The translations under genes and the position numbers were made by a program. Positions 1-6,359 of a stretch of DNA of 16,054 nt are shown one piece after another; the first letter of the stretch is position 1; the number at the start of each line of letters is the position of its first letter. The stretch lies in the IMG/VR virus record IMGVR_UViG_2585427735_000006, positions 1-16,054 of that record. One strand, 5' to 3'. The notes below the pieces were generated by a model, which saw nothing but the letters and a program-made list of their open reading frames with translations, searched no databases and was not told the origin of the DNA. Source of the stretch: a virus (Duplodnaviria; Heunggongvirae; Uroviricota; Caudoviricetes).

Positions 1-297
1 GAAGAACGCAGCAAAATTACGCCGGTCAGTGCGATTAAGGTGACGCCGACATCCGGTACGGTGGCAAAAGGGAAAACAACCACCCTGACGGTTTCTTTTG
101 AGCCGGAAAGTGCAACCGACAAGACGTTCAGAGCGGTTTCCGCCGATCCGTCGAAAGCCACCATTAGTGTGAAAGATATGACAATTACGGTAAACGGCGT
201 GGCGACAGGTAAGGTGCAGATCCCTGTGGTGAGCGGAAATGGTCAGTTCGCCGCAGTGGCTGAAGTCACCGTTACTGAAGCGGGCGCTGCAGGGTAA
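1..297 (+). CDS. V: Major tail protein V, C-terminal fragment (Ig-like domain); 5' end lies outside the window
   Basis: The frame is open from position 1 to the TAA at 295-297. The translation (…[22 protein letters not shown]…[28 protein letters not shown]) matches my recollection of the lambda gpV C-terminal Ig-like domain. It sits immediately upstream of G, as in lambda. Confidence 0.85.
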   Translation, partial: EERSKITPVSAIKVTPTSGTVAKGKTTTLTVSFEPESATDKTFRAVSADPSKATISVKDMTITVNGVATGKVQIPVVSGNGQFAAVAEVTVTEAGAAG

Positions 298-310
298 ACG
301 GAGGTAATAC

Positions 311-733
311 ATGTTTCTGAAAACAGAACAATTTGAATATAACGGTGTGTCCGTCACGCTTTCCGAATTGTCTGCGCTGCAGCGGTTTGATTATATAAAG
401 TTTGTTTCAGACGCAGAACAACAGGAGACAACGAAGCATGATGTCGTGCACATTAACCAGCGATATCTGGAAACGGCATCCCTGCTTGTGGCGATGTCGC
501 TATGGCATACCCATTCCCTCAAAGGCACTCTGGCCTCTCCGGAGACAGAGATGCAGCAGATCCGCCGTGAAGTGATGCTGGGATGGCCTGCTGATGCACT
601 GAATCAGGCAACGAACCGGGTGCTTTATCTTTCAGGTATGCTGGATAACCGGCACGATGCCGATCCTGAACAAACCGGGAAAGCAGAAGCGACTGAGCCG
701 GTAACATCAAAAAAGCATTCGAAGGCGAGCTGA
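311..733 (+). CDS. G: Tail assembly chaperone G
   Basis: 140-aa ORF with a GGAGG ribosome-binding site about 7 nt upstream. Its size and position between V and H match lambda gpG, and the N-terminus (MFLKTEQFEYNGVSVTLSELSALQR) resembles lambda G as I recall it. A slippery heptamer lies near its 3' end. Confidence 0.9.
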   Translation: MFLKTEQFEYNGVSVTLSELSALQRFDYIKFVSDAEQQETTKHDVVHINQRYLETASLLVAMSLWHTHSLKGTLASPETEMQQIRREVMLGWPADALNQATNRVLYLSGMLDNRHDADPEQTGKAEATEPVTSKKHSKAS

Positions 734-1173
734 ACTTTGTCCTGAAACTGGCGCGAGAGATGGGGAGACCCGACTGGCGCGCCATGCTTGCCGGGATGAC
801 ATCCACCGAATATGCCGACTGGCGACGTTTTTACTGCACGCATTATTTTCAGGATACCCAACTGGACGCTCATTTTTCCGGGCTGATGTACGCCGTACTC
901 AGCCTGTTTTTTGGCGATCCGGATATGCATCCGGCGGATTTCAGTCTGCTTGCTCCAGCGTGTGAGGAAGAGCAGACGGAGATGCCGGACGAGGAAGAAA
1001 TGCTGATGCAGAAAGCGACAGGAGTTGCCGGAGGCGTCCGGTTCGGAGGGGACGGAGGGCGCGATATTTCACCTTCTGCGGATGTGGTGGATGTCAGCGA
1101 GGATGATGTTGCATTAATGATGGCTTCAGCGGGGATTTCCGGAGGTGTGAGATATGTCCCAGCCAGCGGGTGA
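311..1173 (+). CDS. T: Tail assembly chaperone G-T fusion, made by -1 frameshift at 709-715 (join 311..715, 715..1173)
   Basis: The T-frame ORF (translation …MGRPDWRAMLAGMTSTEYADWRRFYCTHYF…) has no ribosome-binding site of its own and overlaps the 3' end of G in the -1 frame. The G / G-T frameshift arrangement is conserved in lambda-like tail modules. T ends 20 nt into H. Confidence 0.75.
709..715 (+). other. -1 programmed ribosomal frameshift slippery heptamer A_AAA_AAG (G to T frame)
   Basis: In the G reading frame the codons are tca AAA AAG (707-715), giving the canonical X_XXY_YYZ motif in phase. The -1 frame (T frame) is open from 697 through 1173. The site is 6 codons before the G stop, the position where lambda T is conventionally annotated to begin. 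Confidence 0.7.
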
Positions 1174-3766
1174 TCTGGTTATTGATTTGAGTCTGGATGC
1201 GGCCCGGTTTGATGAACAGATGGCCCGGGTACGCCGTCATTTTTCCAGACTGGAGGCGGATGCCAGAAAAACCGCCAGTACTGTTGAACAGGGGCTGAGC
1301 CGACAGGCGCTGGCTGCACAAAAAGCCGGGATATCAGTCGGACAGTATAAGGCTGCCATGCGCACACTGCCCGCACAGTTCACGGATATTGTCACTCAGC
1401 TTGCCGGTGGTCAGAATCCCTTCCTTATCATGCTGCAGCAGGGGGGGCAGATCAGCGATTCATTCGGTGGACCGCTCAGCCTGCTTACCCTGCTGAAGGA
1501 GGAACTTCTCGGGATCAGGGATGCCTCTGAATCATCAGAGGAGTCGCTGTCAGATACGGCAAATGCACTGGCTGAAAATGCCCGGAATGCCGGTGAGCTG
1601 GGACGATTTATGTCGGTGGCCCGTGTGGCGGCAGGTGGCGGGGTTGCCGTACTGGCCGCGCTTGCTGCCGCCGCCTGGCAGGCAGAGCAGGCTGACCGGG
1701 CCTTATTGCGTTCACTGATCCTGACCGGAGGGGCGGCTGCCACCACAACGGCAGAATTGTGGAAAATGGCCGGGGTGATCAGCGATGAAGCCGGTGGTGG
1801 TATCAGACAGGCGGCAGAAAATCTGGCCCGTCTGGCAGAAAGCGGGAAATATACCGCCGGGCAGCTACGGATCATGGGGGAAACCTCTCAGAGATGGCTG
1901 CAGACGGTGGGGGACGATGCCTGGAAGGTGGAAAAAGCCTTTGAAGGGATTGCAGCAGATCCGGTGAAGGCGCTGGCCTCCCTGAATCAGCAGTATAACT
2001 TCCTGAGCGTTTCCCAGTTACGCCATATTGATGAGCTTGAGCGCACGAAAGGTAAACAGGCTGCGGTGACGGAGGCGATGTCCCTGTTTGCGGATGTCAT
2101 GAATGCACGTCTGGAGCAACTTGATAAAGCGGCCACGCCGGTGGAAAAAATCTGGGACGATGTTAAAACCTGGACTTCTGACGCATGGGCATGGATAGGT
2201 GATCATACACTGGGGGCACTCAGTCTGATCACTGACGTGGTGGCCGGAACCGTTGAACAGGTGAAGCTGCTGCTTGTGCAGGGGGATCTGGCGCTGGCTG
2301 AATTTATTCAGTCAGCCTGGGAAACGACAAAGAATGTGCCCGGCGTTGGTGCGTTGTTTGGTGAACTGGCAGAAGAGAACCGCGTATTTATTGAGAAAAC
2401 AAAACGCGATGAACTGGCGCTGAGAAAATCCATTGCGGAACGGGATGCGCGTATACGCCAGGGGGAAATGGGGTACATCAACCGCTCGCGTGCAACAGGC
2501 GTCAGCAAAGGTCCTGGGCAGCAGGAAGCCGTCAGCCGTCTGGCTGAAGAGCTGACAGGTAAAAAGCATACATCACCGAAAACGCGCTCTGCCGGGGAGA
2601 GGGAAGAGGAGCAGGCAAGAGAGGCTCTGCTTGCCCTTGAAGCTGAGCTCAGGACGCTGGAAAAACACAGCGGTGCGAATGAGAAAATCAGCCGGCAGCG
2701 CCGTGATTTATGGAAGGCGGAAAGTCAGTATGCGGTCCTGAAAGAGGCTGCCACGAAACGGCAGTTATCTGAGCAGGAAAAATCCCTGCTGGCCCATGAG
2801 AAAGAAACGCTGGAGTACAAACGCCAGCTGGCTGAGCTGGGCGACAAGATTGAACACCAGAAACGGCTGAATGAGCTGGCACAGCAGGCGGCGCGGTTTG
2901 AACAGCAGCAGAGCGCGAAGCAGGCGGCAATCAGCGCAAAAGCCCGCGGACTCACCGACCGTCAGGCGCAGCGGGAGTCGGAAGAGCAGCGCCTTCGTGA
3001 GGTGTACGGTGATAATCCGGCTGCGCTGGCGAAGGCCACATCTGCACTGAAGAACACCTGGTCTGCGGAGGAGCAGCTTCGTGGAAGCTGGATGGCCGGG
3101 ATGAAGTCCGGCTGGGGCGAGTGGGCGGAAAGTGCGACGGACAGTTTTTCGCAGGTTAAAAACGCGGCCACGCAGACCTTTGACGGTATTGCACAGAATA
3201 TGGCAGCGATGCTGACCGGCAGCGAACAGAACTGGCGTGGTTTCACCCGTTCTGTGCTGTCCATGCTGACAGAGATTTTTCTGAAGCAGGCGATGGTGGG
3301 GATAGTCGGGAGTATCGGCAGCGCCATTGGCGGTGCTTTCGGTGGTGGTGCGTCTGCCTCCACGGGGACGGCCATTCAGGCTGCGGCGGCGAACTTCCAT
3401 TTCGCGACCGGGGGATTTACGGGGACGGGGGGTAAATATGAACCTGCGGGGATTGTTCATCGCGGGGAGTTTGTCTTCACGAAGGAGGCGACCAGCCGGA
3501 TTGGTGTCGGCAATCTGTACCGCCTGATGCGGGGCTATGCGGAAGGTGGTTATGTCGGCGGTGCCGGAAGTCCGGCGCAGATGCGGCGGGCGGAAGGCAT
3601 TAATTTTAATCAGAACAATCACGTGGTGATTCAGAACGACGGCCCCAACGGGCGGGCAGGGCCGCAGCTGATGAAAGCGGTGTATGAGATGGCCCGCAAG
3701 GGGGCACAGGATGAACTCCGGCTGCAGTTGCGTGATGGCGGTATGTTATCAGGGAGCGGTGGATGA
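1154..3766 (+). CDS. H: Tail tape measure protein H
   Basis: 870-aa ORF with a GGAGGTG ribosome-binding site 6 nt upstream. The N-terminus (…GDLVIDLSLDAARFDEQMARVRRHF…) and C-terminal third (…HSGANEKISRQRRDLWKAESQYAVL…GGKYEPAGIVHRGEFVFTKEATSRIGVGNLYRLMRGYAEGGYVG…) match my recollection of lambda gpH. The central region is alpha-helical and low-complexity. Confidence 0.9.
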   Translation: MSQPAGDLVIDLSLDAARFDEQMARVRRHFSRLEADARKTASTVEQGLSRQALAAQKAGISVGQYKAAMRTLPAQFTDIVTQLAGGQNPFLIMLQQGGQISDSFGGPLSLLTLLKEELLGIRDASESSEESLSDTANALAENARNAGELGRFMSVARVAAGGGVAVLAALAAAAWQAEQADRALLRSLILTGGAAATTTAELWKMAGVISDEAGGGIRQAAENLARLAESGKYTAGQLRIMGETSQRWLQTVGDDAWKVEKAFEGIAADPVKALASLNQQYNFLSVSQLRHIDELERTKGKQAAVTEAMSLFADVMNARLEQLDKAATPVEKIWDDVKTWTSDAWAWIGDHTLGALSLITDVVAGTVEQVKLLLVQGDLALAEFIQSAWETTKNVPGVGALFGELAEENRVFIEKTKRDELALRKSIAERDARIRQGEMGYINRSRATGVSKGPGQQEAVSRLAEELTGKKHTSPKTRSAGEREEEQAREALLALEAELRTLEKHSGANEKISRQRRDLWKAESQYAVLKEAATKRQLSEQEKSLLAHEKETLEYKRQLAELGDKIEHQKRLNELAQQAARFEQQQSAKQAAISAKARGLTDRQAQRESEEQRLREVYGDNPAALAKATSALKNTWSAEEQLRGSWMAGMKSGWGEWAESATDSFSQVKNAATQTFDGIAQNMAAMLTGSEQNWRGFTRSVLSMLTEIFLKQAMVGIVGSIGSAIGGAFGGGASASTGTAIQAAAANFHFATGGFTGTGGKYEPAGIVHRGEFVFTKEATSRIGVGNLYRLMRGYAEGGYVGGAGSPAQMRRAEGINFNQNNHVVIQNDGPNGRAGPQLMKAVYEMARKGAQDELRLQLRDGGMLSGSGG

Positions 3767-4092
3767 AAACCTTTCGCTGGAAAGTGAAGCCGGATATGGA
3801 GGTGAACTCGCAGCCATCGGTGCGTGAAGTGCGTTTTGGTGACGGGTACTCACAGCGTATGGCGGCAGGGCTGAATGCTGACCTGAAAACATACAGGGTG
3901 ACGCTTTCCGTGACCCGGGAGGAGGCCCGGCATCTGGAAGCGTTCCTGGCAGAGCACGGTGGCTGGAAGGCATTTTTGTGGAAGCCACCCTATGCATACC
4001 GGCAGATAAAGGTGACCTGTGCCGGGTGGTCTGCGCGGGTCGGGATGTTGCGCGTTGAGTTCAGCGCGGAGTTTAAGCAGGTGGTGAACTGA
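3763..4092 (+). CDS. M: Tail tip protein M
   Basis: 109-aa ORF whose start overlaps the H stop (ATGA). Length and sequence (MKTFRWKVKPDMEVNSQP…GWKAFLWKPPYAYRQIKVTC…) match lambda gpM as I recall it. Confidence 0.9.
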   Translation: MKTFRWKVKPDMEVNSQPSVREVRFGDGYSQRMAAGLNADLKTYRVTLSVTREEARHLEAFLAEHGGWKAFLWKPPYAYRQIKVTCAGWSARVGMLRVEFSAEFKQVVN

Positions 4093-4790
4093 TGCAGGAT
4101 ATTCGAGAAGAAAGTCTGAGCGAGTCGGTTAAGTCAGAGCAGTCACCGCGGGTGGTACTCTGGGAAATCGACCTGACGGTACAGGGTGGTGAGCGGTATT
4201 TTTTCTGTAATGAGCTGAATGAAAAAGGGGAGCCGGTCACCTGGCAGGGGCGTAAGTATGAGGCATACCCGATTGACGGCAGCGGCTTTGAGATGAACGG
4301 CCGGGGCAGCAGTGCCAGACCGTCGCTGACGGTGTCCAATCTTTTCGGCCTTGTCACCGGAATGGCGGAGGATTTGCAGAGCCTGGTGGGGGCCACGGTG
4401 GTCCGCCGCCGGGTGTATGCCCGTTTTCTGGATGCGGTGAATTTCGTTGCGGGCAATCCGGAGGCGGACCCGGAGCAGGAGCTGAGTGACCGCTGGGTGG
4501 TGGAGCAGATGTCGGAGCTGACAGCCATGACGGCCTCGTTTGTGCTGGCCACACCGACCGAGACGGACGGGGCGCTGTTTCCCGGTCGTATCATGCTGGC
4601 GAACACCTGTATGTGGGATTACCGGGGAGATGAATGCGGGTATAACGGTCCTGCGGTGGCGGATGAGTTCGACAACCCCACCACGGATATCCGTAAGGAC
4701 AGATGCAGCAAGTGCATGCGCGGGTGTGAACTGCGCAGGAATGTCGGCAATTTTGGCGGTTTCCTTTCCATTAATAAACTTTCGCAGTAA
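4092..4790 (+). CDS. L: Tail tip protein L, with C-terminal Cys cluster
   Basis: 232-aa ORF whose start overlaps the M stop (TGATG). The sequence (MQDIREESLSESVKSEQSPRVVLWEIDL…) matches lambda gpL as I recall it. The C-terminus carries clustered cysteines (…NTCMWDYRGDECGY…DRCSKCMRGCEL…). Confidence 0.9.
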   Translation: MQDIREESLSESVKSEQSPRVVLWEIDLTVQGGERYFFCNELNEKGEPVTWQGRKYEAYPIDGSGFEMNGRGSSARPSLTVSNLFGLVTGMAEDLQSLVGATVVRRRVYARFLDAVNFVAGNPEADPEQELSDRWVVEQMSELTAMTASFVLATPTETDGALFPGRIMLANTCMWDYRGDECGYNGPAVADEFDNPTTDIRKDRCSKCMRGCELRRNVGNFGGFLSINKLSQ

Positions 4791-4800
4791 ATCCCGGTTT

Positions 4801-5544
4801 ATGACACAGACTGAATCAGCGATTCTGGCGCATGCCCGGCGGTGTGCGCCTGCGGAGTCTTGCGGCTTCGTGATAAGCACGCCGGAGGGTGACCGGTACC
4901 AGCCGTGTGTGAATATCTCTGCAGAGCCGGAGGCGTATTTTCGTATTGCCCCGGAAGACTGGCTGCGGGCACAGATGCAGGGGGAGATTGTGGCACTGGT
5001 CCACAGCCATCCCGGTGGCCTGCCCTGGCTGAGCGAGGCCGACCGGCGGCTGCAGATAAAAAGTGCCCTGCCCTGGTGGCTGGTCTGCCGGGGTGACATT
5101 CACAAATTCCGCTATGTGCCGCACCTGACCGGACGGCGCTTTGCGCACGGGGTGACGGACTGTTACACGCTGTTCCGGGATGCTTATCATCTGGCGGGGA
5201 CTGAAATGCCGGATTTTCATCGCGAGGATGACTGGTGGCGCAACGGCCAGAACCTGTACCTGGACAATATGGAGGAAACGGGCTTTTACCGGGTGCCCCT
5301 GTCCTCTGCACAGGCGGGCGATATTCTGCTGTGCTGCTTTGGTGCTTCGGTACCGAACCATGCCGTCATTTACTGCGGCAACGGTGAGCTGCTTCACCAT
5401 CTGCCTGAACAACTGAGTAAACGGGAGAGGTATTCCGAAAAATGGCAACGACGAACGCATTCTGTCTGGCGTCACCGCCACTGGCACGCATCTGCCTTCA
5501 CGGGGATTTGCAACGATTTGGCCGCCGCCTCAGCCTGTATGTGA
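4801..5544 (+). CDS. K: Tail tip assembly protein K (MPN/JAMM-like plus NlpC/P60-like regions)
   Basis: The ATG at 4801 opens MTQTESAILAHARRCAPAESCGFV…, which I recognise as the lambda gpK N-terminus. A JAMM-like motif (HSHPGGLPWLSEAD) is followed by a Cys/His region (GVTDCYTLFRDAYHLAG…NHAVIYCG). The 3' end overlaps I by 103 nt. The upstream part of the listed ORF (4540-4800) lies inside L and is not part of K. Confidence 0.85.
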   Translation: MTQTESAILAHARRCAPAESCGFVISTPEGDRYQPCVNISAEPEAYFRIAPEDWLRAQMQGEIVALVHSHPGGLPWLSEADRRLQIKSALPWWLVCRGDIHKFRYVPHLTGRRFAHGVTDCYTLFRDAYHLAGTEMPDFHREDDWWRNGQNLYLDNMEETGFYRVPLSSAQAGDILLCCFGASVPNHAVIYCGNGELLHHLPEQLSKRERYSEKWQRRTHSVWRHRHWHASAFTGICNDLAAASACM

Positions 5545-6122
5545 ACACGGCAGCGGAAGCCATTCGCGCCCTGTCGATGCAGATGCCGGGCTTTCGCCGT
5601 CAGATGAACGAAGGCTGGTACCAGATACGTATTGCCGGTGATGACACGGCACCGGAGGCGGTGTACGCCCGTCTTCACGAACAGCTGGGTGAGGGAACGG
5701 TCATCCACATTGTGCCGCGACTGGCCGGAGCCGGAAAGGGCGGACTGCAGATTGTGCTGGGGGCGGCAGCCATCGTGGGCTCTTTCTTCACGGCCGGTGC
5801 CTCGATGGCGTTATGGGGTTCAGCCCTGAGTGCCGGTGGTTTTTCTGCCACCACGATGCTGTTTTCACTGGGGGCCAGCATGATACTGGGCGGTGTGGCA
5901 CAGATGCTGGCCCCGAAGGCAAAAACACCGGATTACCGCGTAACGGATAACGGCAGACAGAACACGTACTTTTCCTCGCTGGATAACATGATTGCCCAGG
6001 GGAACCCGATGCCGGTGCCTTACGGGGAAATGCTGGTTGGCTCCCGCCGTATATCCCAGGACATCAGCACCCGTGATGAAGGCGGGGGCGGAAAGGTCGT
6101 GGTTATCGGGCGGCAGGGGTAA
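5442..6122 (+). CDS. I: Tail assembly protein I
   Basis: 226-aa ORF with a GGAGAGG ribosome-binding site upstream. The sequence (…LASPPLARICLHGDLQRFGRR…IHIVPR…QNTYFSSLDNM…) matches lambda gpI as I recall it. It has a hydrophobic Gly/Ala-rich central segment. Confidence 0.88.
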   Translation: MATTNAFCLASPPLARICLHGDLQRFGRRLSLYVNTAAEAIRALSMQMPGFRRQMNEGWYQIRIAGDDTAPEAVYARLHEQLGEGTVIHIVPRLAGAGKGGLQIVLGAAAIVGSFFTAGASMALWGSALSAGGFSATTMLFSLGASMILGGVAQMLAPKAKTPDYRVTDNGRQNTYFSSLDNMIAQGNPMPVPYGEMLVGSRRISQDISTRDEGGGGKVVVIGRQG

Positions 6123-6162
6123 AAAGAATAAAAAAATCCCGCAGTGATCGCGGAGCTGCGGG
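6121..6162 (-). terminator. Intrinsic terminator on the - strand: stem CCCGCAG/CTGCGGG (6138-6144 / 6156-6162) followed on the - strand by AUUUUUUUAUUCUUUUU
   Basis: A 7-bp GC-rich inverted repeat with an 11-nt loop. On the - strand it is followed at once by a long U-tract (the A-tract 6121-6137 on the + strand). Confidence 0.6.
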
Positions 6163-6222
6163 GACAGACAAAGATTAGAGTTAAGGAGTTGTTTTTGTTA
6201 CTCGGGCAAAAAACACTAACGC
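6125..6222 (-). ncRNA. Candidate small RNA (about 95 nt) bracketed by the - strand promoter and intrinsic terminator in the I-J intergenic insert
   Basis: Inferred transcript: GCGUUAGUGUUUUUUGCCCGAGUAACAAAAACAACUCCUUAACUCUAAUCUUUGUCUGUCCCCGCAGCUCCGCGAUCACUGCGGGAUUUUUUU. It has no start codon with a ribosome-binding site, a C/A-rich single-stranded-looking segment, and a terminal hairpin plus U-tract. Transcript ends are estimated, not measured. Confidence 0.4.
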
Positions 6223-6228
6223 AGCGAA

Positions 6229-6256
6229 ATTATACGCGCCACAGTCAGTTTGTGAA
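6229..6256 (-). promoter_or_regulatory. Sigma70-like promoter on the - strand: -35 TTCACA (6256..6251), 16-nt spacer, -10 TATAAT (6234..6229)
   Basis: Read directly from the reverse complement: a perfect -10 hexamer and a 5/6 match at -35 with 16-bp spacing. It points leftward toward the terminator at 6121-6162. Confidence 0.5.
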
Positions 6257-6294
6257 AATGTGAAGATATTCAGAAATTTTATTCCGTCATGACG

Positions 6295-6325
6295 CAGGCA
6301 CCCGGTGAGGTGCCTGTTGTTTTTG
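6295..6325 (+). terminator. Intrinsic terminator on the + strand, about 35 nt upstream of the J start: stem CAGGCACC/GGTGCCTG followed by TTGTTTTTG
   Basis: A perfect 8-bp GC-rich inverted repeat (6295-6302 / 6309-6316) with a 6-nt loop and a downstream T-rich tract. Confidence 0.6.
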
Positions 6326-6359
6326 TGAGTGAACAATTATCACGGTAAGAGGTGATGTA

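Noticed and set aside
677-683. GGGAAAG heptamer in gene G, resembling the classical lambda G-T slippery sequence
   Set aside because: In the G frame it reads GGG AAA G, not the X_XXY_YYZ phase, and the -1 frame hits a TGA stop at 694-696 right after it. A shift here would be non-productive. The in-phase A_AAA_AAG at 709-715 is the functional candidate.
760-1173. T as an independently initiated 137-aa protein from the ATG at 760
   Set aside because: There is no ribosome-binding site, and the frame is open upstream to 697, overlapping the G slippery site. By the lambda paradigm T is made only as the G-T fusion.
1441-1447. G7 homopolymer tract inside H (also G-rich runs near 3421-3432)
   Set aside because: It could be a slip-strand hotspot, but it encodes a Gly-Gly pair in a Gln/Gly-rich conserved motif, and tape measure genes are not known to be phase-variable. 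Likely incidental.
2765-3622. 285-aa ORF on the - strand inside H
   Set aside because: It is antisense to a well-supported, conserved tape measure gene in GC-rich DNA. Its translation is Arg/Pro-rich and low-complexity, with no ribosome-binding site. Likely a spurious ORF.
4143-5099. 318-aa ORF on the - strand across L and K
   Set aside because: It is antisense to two conserved tail-tip genes, has an Arg/His-rich composition and no recognisable motifs. A GC-rich antisense artefact.
6195-6263. 22-codon + strand ORF with AAGGAG ribosome-binding site and TTG start in the I-J intergenic insert
   Set aside because: It is very short, uses a non-ATG start, and has no obvious + strand promoter. The AAGGAG is the complement of a CUCCUU stretch in the candidate - strand RNA. 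Kept as low-probability only.
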